Assembly (NCBI GenBank): GCA_964016885.1
Contig: OZ024742.1
Span: 13,392,001-13,456,000 of the forward strand
Direction: 5' to 3'
Source of the DNA: Eledone cirrhosa
Taxonomy: Eukaryota
Length of the DNA stretch: 64,000 nt
The first letter of the stretch is position 1; each line of letters starts with the position of its first letter. The translations under genes and the position numbers were made by a program. This document shows positions 15,001-29,448 of the stretch, one piece after another. Below the pieces are notes generated by a model. The model worked only from the letters and a program-made list of their open reading frames with translations, was not told where the DNA came from and made no database searches.

Positions 15001-18000
15001 AAATACTGGAGGATCAGTTAAAGGAAAATACTGGAGGATCAGTTAAAGGAAAATACTGGAGGATCAGTTAAAGGAAAATTCTGGAGGATCAGTTAAAATA
15101 AAGTACTGGAGGATCAATTAAAGGAAAATATTGGCGGATCAGTAAAAATAAAATACTGGAGGATCAGTTAAAGGAAAATACTGGAGGATCAGTTAAAATT
15201 AAATACTGGAGGATCAGTTAAAGGAAAATACTGAAGCATCAGTTAAAACAAAACACTGGAGTATCAGTTAAAATAAAATACTGGAGGATTAGTTAAAGGT
15301 AAAAACTGGAGGATCAGTAAAAAATAACATACTGGAGTATCAGTTAAAGGAAAATACTGGAGGATCAGTTAAAATAAAATACTGGAGGATCAATTAAAGG
15401 AAAATATTGGCGGATCATTAAAAATAAAATACTGGAGGATCAGTTAAAGGAAAATACTGGAGGATCAGTTAAATCAAATACTAGAGGATCAGTTAAAGGA
15501 AAATACTGAAGGATCAGTTAAAGGAAAATATTGGAGAATCAGTTAAAATAAAATACTGGAGGATCAGTTAAAGGAAAAAACTGGAGGATCAGTAAAAAAT
15601 AACATACTGGAGGATCAGTTAAAGGAAAATACTGGAGGATCAGTTAAAATAAAATACTGGAGGATCAGTTAAAGTAAAATACTGGAGGATCAGTTAAAAT
15701 AAAAAACTGGAGGATCATTAAAAGGAAAATACTGGGGGATCAGTTAAAGGAAAGTACTGGAGGATCAGTTAAATCAAATACTGGAGGATCAGTTAAAGGG
15801 AAATATTTAAGGATCAGGTAAAGAAAATATTGGAGGATCAGTTAAGTTAAATACTGGAGGATCAGTTAAAGTAAAATACTGGAGGATCAGTTAATGGAAA
15901 GTGCTGGAAGATCAGTTAAAGAAATTACTGGAGGATCAGTTAAAGTAAAATACTGGAGGATCAGTTAAAGGAAAATACTGGAGGATCAGTTAAAGGAAAA
16001 TACTGGAGGATCAGTTAAAGGAAAATACTGGAGGATCAGTTAAATCAAATACTGGAGTATCAGTTAAAGGGAAATATTTAAGGATCAGGTAAAGAAAATA
16101 CTGGAGGATCAGTTAAGTTAAATACTGGAGGATCAGTTAAAATAAAATACTGGAGGATCAGTTAAAGGAAAATACTGGAGGATCAGTTAAAGGAAAATAC
16201 TGGAGGATCAGTTAAATAAAATACTGGAGGATCAGTTAAAGGAAAATACTGAAGGATCAGTTAAAGGATAATACTGAAGGATCAGTTAAATCAAATACTG
16301 GAGGATCAGGTAAAGAAAAATACTGGAGGATCAGTTAAAGAAAAATACTGGAGGATCAGTTAAAATAAAATACTGGAGGATCAATTAAAGGAAAATACTG
16401 GAGGATCAGCAAAAATAAAATACTGGAGGATCAGTTAAAGGAAAATACTGGAGGATCAGTTATAATAAAATACTGGAGGAACAGTTAAAGTAAAATACTG
16501 GAGGATCAGTAAAAATAAAATACTGGAGGATCAGTTAAAGGAAAATACTGGAGGATTAGTTAAAGGAAAATACTGGAGGATCAGTTAAAAGAAAATACTG
16601 AAGGATCAGTTAAAGAAAATATTGGAGGATCAGTTAAATCAAATACTGGAGGATCAGTTAAAGGGAAATACTTAAGGATCAGTTAAAGAAAATATTGGAG
16701 GATCAGTTAAGTAAAATACTGGAGGATCAGTTAAAATAAAATACTGGAGGATCAGTTAAAGGAAAATACTTGAGCATCAGTTAAAGGAAAATACTGGAGG
16801 ATCAGTTAAATCAAATACTGGAGGATCAGTTAAAGGAAAATACTGAAGGATCAGTTAAAGGAAAATATTGGAGGTTCAGTTAAAATAAAATACTGGAGGA
16901 TCAGTTAAAGGAAAAAACTGGATGATCAGTAAAAAATAACATACTGGAGGATCAGTTAAAGGAAAATACTGGAGGATCAGTTAAAATAAAATACTGGAGG
17001 ATCAGTTAAAGTAAAATACTGGAGGATCAGTTAAAATAAAAAACTGGAGGATGAGTAAAAGGAAAATACTGGAGGATCAGTTAAGATAAAATACTGGAGG
17101 ATCAGTTAATGGAAAGTACTGGAAGATCAGTTAAAGAAAATACTGGAGGATCAGTTAAAGTAAAATACTGGAGGATCAGTAAAAATAAAATACTGGAGGA
17201 TCAGTTAAAGGAAAATACTGGAGGATTAGTTAAAGGAAAATACTGGAGGATCAGTTAAAAGAAAATACTGAAGGATCAGTTAAAGAAAATATTGGAGGAT
17301 CAGTTAAATCAAATACTGGAGTATCAGTTAAAGGGAAATACTTGAGCATCAGTTAAAGGAAAATACTGGAGCATCGGTTAAATCAAATACTGGAGGATCA
17401 GTTAAAGGAAAATACTGAAGGATCAGTTAAAGGAAAATATTGAAGGATCAGCTAAAATAAAATACTGGAGGATCAGTTAAAGGAAAAAACTGGATGATCA
17501 GTAAAAAATAACATACTGGATGATCAGTTAAAAGAAAATACTGGAGGATCAGTTAAAATAAAATACTGGTGGATCAGTTAAAGTAAAATACTGGAGGATC
17601 AGTTAAAATAAAAAACTGGAGGATCAGTAAAAGGAAAATACTGGAGGATCAGTTAAGATAAAATACTGGAGGATCAGTTAATGGAAAGTACTGGAAGATC
17701 AGTTAAAGAAAATACTGGAGGATCAGTTAAAGTAAAATACTGGAGGATCAGTTAAAATAAAATACTGGAGGATCAGTTAAAGGGAAATATTTAAGGATTA
17801 GTTAAAGAAAATACTGGAGGATCAGTTAAGTAAAATACTGGATGATCAGTTAAAATAAAATACTGGGGGATCAATTAAAGGAAAATACTGGAGGATCAGT
17901 TAAATCAAATACTGGAGGATCAGTTAAAGGTTGATACTGAAGGATCAGTTAATGGAAAATACTGGAGGATCAGTTAAAGGAAAATACTGGAGGATTAGTT

Positions 18001-21000
18001 AAAATAAAATACTGGATGATCAGTTAAATGAAAATACTGGAGGATCAGTTAAAGGAAAATACTGGAGGATCAGTTAAAGGAAAATAATGGAGGATCAGTT
18101 AAAATAAAATACTGGAGGATCAGTTAAAGGAAAATACAAAGGATCAGCTAAAGGAAAATACTGGAGGATCAGTTAAAATAAAATACTGGAGGATCAGTTA
18201 AAGGCAAATACGGGAGGATCAAATAAAGGAAAACACTTGAGGATCAGTTAAAATAAAATACTGGAGGATCAGTTAAATTAAAATACTGGAGGATCAGTTA
18301 AAATAAAACACTGGAGGATCAGTAAAAGGAAAATACTGGAGGATCAGTTAAAATAAAATACTGGAGGATCAGTTAATGGAAAGTACTGGAAGATCAGTTA
18401 AAGAAAATACTGGAGGATCAGTTAAAGGAAAATACTGGAGGATCAGTTAAAGGAAAATACTGGAGGATCAGTTAAAGGAAAATACTGGAGGATCAGTTAA
18501 ATCAAATACTGGAGGATCAGTTAAAGGGAAATATTTAAGGATCATTTAAAGAAAATATTGGAGGATCAGTTAAGTAAAATACTGGAGGATCAGTTAAAAT
18601 AAAATACTTGTGGATCAGTTAAAAGAAAATACTGGAGGATCAGTTAAAGGAAAATACTGGAGGATCAGTTAAATCAAATACTGGAGGATCAGTTAAAGGA
18701 AAATACTGAAGGATCAGTTAAAGGAAAATACTGGAGGATCAGTTAAAAGAAAATACTGGAGGATTAGTTAAAATAAAATACTGGAGGATCAGTTAAAGTA
18801 AAATACTGGAGGATCAGTTATAATAAAATACTGGAGGAATATTTTAAGTAAAATACTTGAGGATCAGTAAAAATAAAATACTGGAGGATCAGTTAATGGT
18901 AAGTACTGGAGGATCAGTTAAAATAAAATACTGGAGGATCAGTTAAAGGAAAATACTGGAGGATCAGTTAAAGGAAAATTCTGGAGGATCAGTTAAAATA
19001 AAGTACTGGAGGATCAATTAAAGGAAAATATTGGCGGATCAGTAAAAATAAAATACTGGAGGATCAGTTAAAGGAAAATACTGGAGGATCAGTTAAAATT
19101 AAATACTGGAGGATCAGTTAAAGGAAAATACTGAAGCATCAGTTAAAACAAAACACTGGAGTATCAGTTAAAATAAAATACTGGAGGATTAGTTAAAGGT
19201 AAAAACTGGAGGATCAGTAAAAAATAACATACTGGAGTATCAGTTAAAGGAAAATACTGGAGGATCAGTTAAAATAAAATACTGGAGGATCAATTAAAGG
19301 AAAATATTGGCGGATCATTAAAAATAAAATACTGGAGGATCAGTTAAAGGAAAATACTGGAGGATCAGTTAAATCAAATACTGGAGGATCAGTTAAAGGA
19401 AAATACTGAAGGATCAGTTAAAGGAAAATATTGGAGAATCAGTTAAAGTAAAATACTGGAGGATCAGTTAAAATAAAAAACTGGAGGATCAGTAAAAGGA
19501 AAATACTGGAGGATCAGTTAAGATAAAATACTGGAGGATCAGTTAATGGAAAGTACTGGAAGATCAGTTAAAGAAAATACTGGAGGATCAGTTAAAATAA
19601 AATACTGGAGGATCAGTTAAAGGAAAATACTTGAGGATCAGTTAAAGGAAAATACTGGAGGATGAGTTAAATCAAATACTGGAGGATCAGTCAAAGGAAA
19701 ATACTGAAGGATCAGTTAAAGGAAAATATTGGAGGATCAGTTAAAATAAAATACTTGAGGATCAGCTAAATGAAAAAACTGGAAGATCAGTAAAAAATAA
19801 CATACTGGAGGATCAGTTAAAGGAAAATACTGGAGGATCAGCTAAAATAAAATACTGGAGGATCAGTTAAAGTAAAATACTGGAGGATCAGTTAAAGTAA
19901 AATACTGGAGGATCAGTTAAAATAAAGTACTGGAGGATCAGTTAAAGGAAAATACTGGAGGTTCAGTTAAAGGAAAATACTGGAGGATCAGTTAAAGAAA
20001 AATACTGGAGGATCAGTTAAAGGGAAATATTTAAGGATTAGTTAAAGAAAATAATGGAGGATCAGTTAAGTAAAATACTGGATGATCAGTTAAAATAAAA
20101 TACTGGGGGATCAATTAAAGGAAAATACTGGGGGATCAGTTAAATCAAATACTGGAGGATCCGTTAAAGGAAAATACTGGAGGATCAGTTAAAGGAAAAT
20201 ACTGGAGGATTAGTTAAAATAAAGTACTGGATGATCAGTTAAATGAAAATACTGGAGGATCAGTTAAAGGAAAATACTGGAGGATCAGTTAAAGGAAAAT
20301 ACTGGAGGATCAGTTAAAATAAAATACTGAAGGATCAATTAAAGGAAAATACTGGAGGATCAGTTAAATAAAATACTGGAGGATGAGTTAAAGGAAAATA
20401 CAAAGGATCAGTAAAAGGAATATACTGGAGGATCAGTTAAAATAAAATACTGGAGGATCAGTTAAAGGCAAATACGGGAGGATCAAATAAAGGAAAATAC
20501 TTGAGGATCAGTTAAAATAAAATACCGGAGGATCAGTTAAAGTAAAATACTGGAGGATCAGTTAAAATAAAACACTGGAGGATCAGTAAAAGGAAAATAC
20601 TGGAGGATCAGTTAAAATAAAATACTGGAGGATCAGTTAATGGCAAGTACTGGAAGATCAGTTAAAGAAAATACTGGAGGATCAGTTAAAGGAAAATACT
20701 GGAGGATCAGTTAAAGGAAAATACTGGAGGATCAGTTAAAATAAAATACTGGAGGATCAGTTAAAGGAAAATACTGGAGGATCAGTTAAAGGAAAATACT
20801 GGAGGTTCAGTTAAATCAAATACTGGAGGATCAGTTAAAGGAAAATACTGAAGGATCAGTTAAAGGAAAATGATGGAGGATTAGTTAAAATAAAATACTG
20901 GAGGATCAGTTAAAGGAAAATACTGGAGGATCAGTTATAATAAAATACTGGAGGAATATTTTAAGTAAAATACTTGAGGATCAGTAAAATTAAAATACTG

Positions 21001-24000
21001 GAGGATCAGTTAATGGTAAGTACTGGAGGATCAGTTAAAATAAAATACTGGAGGATCAGTTAAAGGAAAATACTGGAGGATCAGTTAAAGGAAAATACTG
21101 GAGGATCAGTTAAAGGAAAATTCTGGAGGATCAGTTAAAATAAAATACTGGAGGATCAATTAAAGGAAAATATTGGCGGATCAGTAAAAATAAAATACTG
21201 GAGGATCAGTTAAAGGAAAATACTGGAGGATCAGTTAAAATTAAATACTGGAGGATTAGTTAAAGGAAAATACTGAAGCATCAGTTAAAACAAAACACTG
21301 GAGTATCAGTTAAAATAAAATACTGGAGGATCAATTAAAGGAAAATATTGGCGGATCAGTAAAAATAAAATACTGGAGGATCAGTTAAAGGAAAATACTG
21401 GAGGATCAGTTAAATCAAATACTGGAGGATCAGTTAAAGGAAAATACTGGAGGATCAGTTAAAGGAAAATATTGGAGGATCAGTTAAAATAAAATACTGG
21501 AGGATCAGTTAAAGGAAAAAACTGGAGGATCAGTAAAAAAATAACATACTGGAGGATCAGTTAAAGGAAAATACTGGAGGATCAGTTAAAATAAAATACT
21601 GGAGGATCAGTTAAAGTAAAATACTGGAGGATCAGTTAAAGTAAACTACTGGAGGATCAGTTAAAATAAAATACTGGAGGATCAGTTAAAGGAAAATACT
21701 GGAGGATCAGTTAAAGGAAAATACTGGAGGATCAGTTAAAGAAAAATACTGGAAGATCAGTTAAAGGGAAATATTTAAGGATTAGTTAAAGAAAATACTG
21801 GAGGATCAGTTAAGTAAAATACTGGATGATCAGTTAAAATAAAATACTGGGGGATCAATTAAAGGAAAATACTGGAGGATCAGTTAAATCAAATATTGGA
21901 GGATCAGTTAAAGGTAAATACTGAAGGATCAGTTAATGGAAAATACTGGAGGATCAGTTAAAGTAAAATACTGGAGGATTAGTTAAAATAAAATACTGGA
22001 TGATCAGTTAAATGAAAATACTGGAGGATCAGTTAAAGGAAAATACTGGAGGATCAGTTAAAGGAAAATACTGGAGGATCAGTTAAAATAAAATACTGGA
22101 GGATCAATTAAAGGAAAATATTGGCGGATCAGTAAAAATAAAATACTGGATGATCAGTTAAAGGAAAATACTGGAGGATCAGTTAAATGAAATACTGGAG
22201 GATCAGTTAAAGGAAAATACTGGAGGATCAGTTAAAGGAAAATATTGGAGGATCAGTTAAAATAAAATACTGGAGGAACAGTTAAAGGAAAAAACTGGAG
22301 GATCAGTAAAAAATAACATACTGGAAGATCAGTTAAAGGAAAATATTGGAGGATCAGTTAAAATAAAATACTGGAGGATCAGTTAAATGTAAATACTGAA
22401 GGATCAGTTAATGGAAAATACTGGAGGATCAGTTAAAGGAAAATACTGGAGGATTAGTTAAAATAAAATACTGGATGATCAGTTAAATGAAAATACTGGA
22501 GGATCAGTTAAAGGAAAATACTGGAGGATCAGTTAAAGGAAAATACAGGAGGATCAGTTAAAATAAAATACTGAAGGATCAATTAAAGGAAAATACTGGA
22601 GCATCAGTTAAATAAAATACTGGAGGATCAGTTAAAGGAAAATACAAAGGATCAGTTAAAGGAAAATACTGGAGGATCAGTTAAAATAAAATACTGGAGG
22701 ATCAGTTAAAGGCAAATACGGGAGGATCAAATAAAGGAAAATACTTGAGGATCAGTTAAAATAAAATACTGAAGGATCAGTTAAAGTAAAATACTGGAGG
22801 ATCAGTTAAAATAAAACACTGGAGGATCAGTAAAAGGAAAATACTGGAGGATCAGCTAAAATAAAATACTGGAGGATCAGTTAATGGAAAGTACTGGAAG
22901 ATCAGCTAAAGAAAATACTGGAGGATCAGTTAAAGTAAAATACTGGAGGATCAGTTAAAGGAAAATACTGGAGGATCGGTTATAGGAAAATACTGGAGGA
23001 TCAGTTAAAGGAAAATACTGGAGGATCAGTTAAATCAAATACTGGAGGATCAGTTAAAGGGAAATATTTAAGGATCAGTTAAAGAAAATATTGGAGGATC
23101 AGTTAAGTAAAATACTGGAGCATCAGTTAAAATAAAATACTGGAGGATCAGTTAAAGGAAAGTACTGGAAGATCAGTTAAAGGAAAATACTGGAGGATCA
23201 GTTAAAAGAAAATACTTCAGGATCAGTTAAAGGAAAATACTGGAGCATCAGTTAAAGGACAATACTGGAGGATCAGTTAAAGGAAAATACTGGAGGATGA
23301 GTTAAAGGAAAATACTGGAGGATAAGTAAAAATAAAATACTGGAGGATGAGTTAAAGGAAAATACTGGAGGATGAGTTAAAATAAAATACTGGAGAATCA
23401 GTTAAAGGAAAATACTGGAGGATCAGTAAAAATAAATTACTGGAGGATCAGTTAAAATAAAATACTGGAGGATCAGTTAAAATAAAATACTGGAGGATCA
23501 GTTAAAGGAAAATACTGGAGGATCAGTTAAAGGAAAATACTGGAGGATCAATTAAAGGAAAATACTGGAGGATGAGTTAAAATAAAATACTGGAGGATGA
23601 GTTAAAGGAAAATACTGGAGGATCAGTTAAAGGAAAATACTTGAGGACCAGTTAAAATACAATACTGGAGGCTCAGTTACAGGAAAATACTGGAGGATCA
23701 GTTAAAATAAAATACTGGAGGATCAGTTAAAGGAAAAGACAAAGGATCAGTTAAAGTAAAATACTGGAGGATCAGTTAAAATAAAATACAGGAGGATCAG
23801 TTAATGGAAAATACTGGTGGATCAGTTAAAATAAAATACTGGAGGATCAGCTAAAGGAAAATACAGGAGGATCAGCTAAAATAAAATACTGGAGGATCAG
23901 TTAAAGTAAAATACTGGAGGATCAGTTAAAATAAAACACTGGAGGATCAGGTAAAGGAAAATACTGGAGGAGCAGTTAAAGGAAAGTAGTGGAAGATCAG

Positions 24001-26921
24001 TTAAAGGAAAATACTGGAGGATCACTTAAAATAAAATACTGGCGGATCAGTTAAAGGAAAATACTGGAGGATCAGTAAAAACAAAATACTGGAGGATCAG
24101 TTAAAATAAAATACTGGAGGATCAGTTAAAATAAAATACTGGAGGATCAGTTAAAATAAAATACTGGAAGATCAGTTAAAGGAAAATATCTTGGAGGATC
24201 AGTTAAAGGAAAATACTTTAGGACCAGTTAAAATACAATATTGGAAGCTCAGTTACAGGAAAATAGTGGAGGATCAGTTAAAATAAAATACTGGAGGATC
24301 AGTTAAAGGAAAAGACAAAGGATCAGTTAAAGTAAAATACTGGAGGATCAGTTAAAATTAAATACAGGAGGATCAGTTAAAGGAAAATACTGGTGGATCA
24401 GTTAAAATAAAATACTGGAGGATCAGTTAAAAGAAAATACTGGAGGATCAGTTAAAATAAAATACTGGAGTATCAGTTAAAGGAAAATACTGGAGGATCA
24501 TTTAAAACAAAACACTGGAGTATCAGTTAAAGGAAAATACTGGAGGATCAGTTAAAATAAAATACTGGAGGATCAGTTAAAGGAAAGTACTGGAAGATCA
24601 GTTAAAGGAAAATACTGGAGGATCAGTTAAAATAAAATACTGCAGGATCAGTTAAAAGAAAATACTGGAGGATCAGCTAAAGGAAAATACTGTAGGATCA
24701 GTTAAAGGAAAATACTTGAGGACCAGTTAAAATACAATACTGGAGGCTCAGTTACAGTAAAATACTGGAGGATCAGTTAAAATAAAATACTGGAGGATCA
24801 GTTAAAGGAAAAGTCAAAGGATCAGTTAAAGGAAAAGTCAAAGGATCAGTTAAAGGAAAATACTGGAGGATCATTTAAAATAAAATACTGCAGGATCAGT
24901 TAAAGGAAAATACTGGAGGATCCGTTAAAAGAAAATACTGGAGGATCAGTTAAAGGAAAATAAAGGAGGATCAGATAAAATAAAATTCTGGAGGATCAGT
25001 TAATGTAAAATACTTGAGAATCAGTTAAAATAAAACACTGGAGTATCAATTAAAGGATAATACTGGAGGATCAGTTAAAGGAAAATACTGTAGGATCAGT
25101 TAAAATAAAATACTTGTGGAATAGTTAAAGGAAAATACTGGAGGATCAGTTAAAATAAAATACTGCAGGATCAGTTAAAGGAAAATACTGGAGGATCCGT
25201 TAAAAGAAAATACTGGAGGATCAGTTAAAGGAAAATAAAGGAGGATCAGATAAAATAAAATTCTGGAGGATCAGTTAATGTAAAATACTTGAGAATCAGT
25301 TAAAATAAAACACTGGAGTATCAATTAAAGGATAATACTGGAGGATCAGTTAAAGAAAAATACTGGAGGATCAGTTAAAGGAAAATACTAAGGATCAGTA
25401 ACAATAAAATACTGGAGGATCAGTTAAAGGAAAAGACAAAGGATCAGTTAAAGGAAAATACTGGAGGATCAGTTAAAATAAAATACAGGAGGATCAGTTA
25501 AAGGAAAATACTGGTGGATCAGTTAAAATAAAATACTGGAGGATCAGTTAAAGGAAAATACTGGAGGATCGGTTAAAATAAAACACTGGAGGATCAGTTA
25601 AAGGAAAATACTGGAGGATCAGTTAAAGGAAAGTACTGGAAGATCAGTTAAAGGAAAATACTGGAGGATCAGTTAAAATAAAATACTGGAGGATCAGTTA
25701 AAGGAAAATACTGGAGGATCAGTAAAACTAAAATACTCGAGGATCAGTTAAAATAAAATACTGGAGGATCAGTTAAAATAAAATACTGGAAGATCAGTTA
25801 AAGGAAAATACTGGAGGATCAGTTAAAGGAAAATACTTTAGGACCAGTTAAAATACAATATTGGAGGCTCAGTTACAGGAAAATACTGGAGGATCCGTTA
25901 AAGGAAAATACTGGAGGATCAGTTAATGGAAAAGACAAAGGATCAGTTAAAGTGAAATACTGGAGGATCAGTTAAAATAAAATACAGGAGGATCAGTTAA
26001 AGTAAAATACTGGAGGATCAGTTAAAACAAAACACTGGAGGATCAGTTAAAGGAAAATACTGGAGGATCACTTAAAATAAAATACTTCAGGATCAGTTAA
26101 AGGAAAATACTGGAGGATCAGTTAAAGGAAAATACTTGAGGACCAGTTAAAATACAATACTGGAGGCTCAGTTACAGGAAAATACTGGAGGATCAGTTAA
26201 AATAAAATACTGGAGAATCAGTTAAAGGAAAATACTCGAGGATCAGTTAAAATAAAACACTGGAGAATCAGTTAAAGGAAAATACTGGAGGATCAGTTAA
26301 CATAAAATACTGGAGGATCAGTTAAAGGAAAAGACAAAGGATCAGTTAAAGGAAAATACTGGAGGATCAGTTAAAATAAAATACTGGAGAATCAGTTAAA
26401 GGAAAATACTGGAGGATCAGTTAAAATAAAATACTGGAGAATCAGTTAAAGGAAAATACTGGAGGATCAGTTAACATAAAATACTGGAGGATCAGTTAAA
26501 GGAAAAGACAAAGGATCAGTTAAAGGAAAATACTGGAGGATCATTTAAAATATAATACTGGAGGATCAGTTAAAGGAAAATACTGGAGGATCAGTTAAAG
26601 GAAAATACAGGAGGATCAGTTAAAATAAAATACTGGAGGATCAGTTAAAGAAAAATACTGGAGGATCAGTTAAAATAAAATACTGGAGGATCAGTTAAAG
26701 GAAAATACTGGAGGATGAGTTAAAATAAAATACTGGAGGCTCAGTTAAAGAAAAATACTGGACAATCAGTTAAAATAAAATATGGAGGATCAGTTAAAGG
26801 AAAATACTAAGGATCAGTTAAAAGAAAATACTGGAGGATCAGTTAAAATAAAATACTGGAGGATCAGTTAAAATAAAATAGTGGAGGATCAGTTAAAGGA
26901 AAATACAGGTGGATCAGTTAA
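1..26921. repeat. Tandem satellite array, 25-bp monomer (TACTGGAGGATCAGTTAAAGGAAAA, variant ending TTAAAATAAAA), about 1080 copies, runs off the left edge
   Basis: Directly visible periodicity (e.g. GGATCAGTTA at 871, 896, 921) with 24/26-bp indel variants; ends abruptly at 26921. Confidence 0.99.
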
Positions 26922-27386
26922 TTATGATTTTGTTCAATATATTCCTCTCTCAGACTCACACACTTATTGCCGCAGTTCTACCTCCTCTGTAGATATAACA
27001 GCTCTACCATTTCATGACAGTTATTGTAGCAGTCCTACCTTCCCTTGTAAAGGTAACAGCTCTATCCATTCGCAATACGCTTAAAGCCAGGAACTTGTCA
27101 GCACCCCTCGTATATATGTTTTAAAAAAAGATCGGATTATTAAATGATACCAGTTAGTAAATAAAACAATATACTTGTGTTATATATATAAACAATATTA
27201 CAACTTGGATGACTTATGCCTTACATAAGGACTTTTTATGACTTTCATCTAACTACATGATGTTAAAATAAAAACGTAACGTTTTTCCTTCACCCCTATA
27301 CCCTACTCACCACCATAGGCGCTGAGTTGGCCAGCTGCAGGTGTGAGCCTCACTGCTGGAATGGCTTTTCCAGTGCGTCTTGATTG

Positions 27387-27439
27387 CCGTCCTCCGGGGA
27401 GGGGAAACGCCTTCTCTATTCTGTCCGCCGGGGCTGTGG
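27387..27439 (-). repeat. GC-rich interspersed repeat fragment, inverted homologue of 30505-30552
   Basis: Reverse complement CCACAGCCCCGGCGGACAGAATAGAGAAGGCGTTTCC...GGAGGACGG matches CCACGGCCCCGGCGGACAGAATGGAGAAGGCGTTTCCTCGGAGGACGG at 30505. Confidence 0.8.
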
Positions 27440-28345
27440 TGATCCACCAATATGATTGAATGACTTGTCCTTTTATCAGTCAGATGTCATATATCTGCAC
27501 TTTCCACTTAGTGAGGATGTTTTTTACATTTGCCTTTGTATAACTGTGTATATTTATCAACTGTCTTGCATGTGTACATTTTTTTTTTTCTAAAGACTTT
27601 TTAATCTAAACTATAATAAAGAAAGGAGTGCGGGACTGCGTCCAGAATATGTTTTTTACACCGTTTGTAAAATAAGTTGGATTACTTTGAATAAATAATG
27701 AATGAATATTACATAATTTATGTGCTAAATTTCGTGGCTGTTGATTAATTATATTTTATAGCTTATTTAAAGATTCACTTCTTTAAAATTTTAAAATGTC
27801 AACACTTCCGGTTAGCGGCCGTAATATTATAACACTTATACAAATATCGCAATTATTTCCGTCGCTAATTTTCTCATAATGCAGTTTATATATAATATTG
27901 TCTTTTTTTAAATGTATCTTGGATTACTTTACTGATTACAGACGACAGTGTAATGTAGACTCTGTTCAATTTCAATTTCTATGTATATTATCAATAACGA
28001 CTTTATTTGATATTTGGTATCTATATGCATATATACTTGCGTATAATATCAATATACACACTACACATGCTAGCTGAAAACCACCCTAGGGTGTTTTTTC
28101 TGCTACTATCTATAATTCTTTGATCATGTCCCGGTGTTTTAGGGGCCATACACTCTCCTAATCGTATACCGATTTCCTGGTCAGGTTTTTTTGTTAAGTG
28201 ATTTCAAATGTTTTATTGATTTCATAGATTAATTAATTAAAAAATCTGCAAATCATTATTTCTTTATTTTTTCAATAGTATCTCGTTAAAATTGAAACTA
28301 ACGTAGAAGTTTATAAAGTGGTTTAAAATGTGTTTTGGGGTTTTC

Positions 28346-28469
<124 letters not shown>

Positions 28470-28525
28470 AAATAACTAAGTGAAATATGCAAAATTTGGC
28501 TTCGTTTATTATAAATTATAAATTT

Positions 28526-28580
28526 ACTACTACATATATTTCGGTGACAGCTATTATTGGCTGTGACCTCTTCAGGCAGT
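28526..28580 (-). ncRNA. Minimal type I hammerhead ribozyme motif (inverted-arm copy)
   Basis: Minus strand reads ACTGC-CTGAAGA-GGTCACAGC caataata GCTGTCACC-GAAA-TATAT-GTA/GTAGT. Confidence 0.68.
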
Positions 28581-28718
28581 TCGAATTGGTGTGGAAAATA
28601 CATGATTCCAGTTCCTTGGAGGACTAACAACACACCCAGGAGCTGGACATATCGATGTATTGACAGAGTCAAACACACTTCAACAACATGTGTACCTGTC
28701 TTTCCCACACCAATTCGG

Positions 28719-28773
28719 ACTGCCTGAAGAGGTCACAGCCAATGATGGCTGTCACTGAAATATATATTGCAGT
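28719..28773 (+). ncRNA. Minimal type I hammerhead ribozyme motif
   Basis: ACTGC-CTGAAGA-GGTCACAGCCA atga TGGCTGTCACT-GAAA-TATAT-ATT/GCAGT. Stem I is ACTGC/GCAGT, stem II has one mismatch, predicted cleavage after 28768. Confidence 0.7.
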
Positions 28774-28934
28774 ATATCTATAATTTATAATAAACGAAGC
28801 CAAATTTTACATATTTGACTTACTTATTTTATTTTACATTACTCCGGAGTAAAGAAACCAATCTGCGTACTTCGTCGAGTGCTCCAATCTGCATACTGAG
28901 GTGTCGGTAAACAACCAACATATACTAAAAAAAA

Positions 28935-28974
<40 letters not shown>

Positions 28975-29022
28975 TCAGCTCCTGATTATTACTGGAATTC
29001 TATAAGAATCCAGCTTCTATAC

Positions 29023-29113
29023 TTTTCGGCGAAAGCAGAGGAGTAGGTGGCTCTGATGAACGCCAACCAGCGTGAAACAGACTGTAAGCTTCTCCCTCTT
29101 CTTTCTCCGAAAA
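29023..29113 (+). ncRNA. Type I hammerhead ribozyme with long bulged stem I
   Basis: GGCT-CTGATGA(29053-29059)-ACGC caacca GCGT-GAAA-CAG a CT-GTA/AGCT. Stem I extends via AGAGG/CCTCT, GAAAG/CTTTC and TTTTCGG/CCGAAAA. Predicted cleavage after GUA at 29086. Confidence 0.85.
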
Positions 29114-29214
29114 TAAGTAACAGACATAGTCACTACTTTAAAACTGATAGCGTATGGTCTTCTAAATGTTTTAAATTAAACATACGGTATATTGCCAAAT
29201 ATACTATACATACA

Positions 29215-29276
<62 letters not shown>

Positions 29277-29384
29277 GTACAGATTCAAAGTTTATGCAAA
29301 AGGTTTCTGCTTCCCCCCTCTCTCTCTCTCTCTCCCTCTCTCTCTCACTCACTCTCTCTCCCATTATATATATATATATATATA

Positions 29385-29448
<64 letters not shown>

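Noticed and set aside
1-26921. CRISPR-like array (constant repeat plus variable part)
   Set aside because: The variable part is only about 9 nt of recurring A-rich variants, not unique spacers; there are no cas genes and the context is eukaryotic.
27605-28075. Helitron-like start TCTAAACTATAATAAAG
   Set aside because: No convincing 3' hairpin plus CTRR terminus and no second copy in the window.
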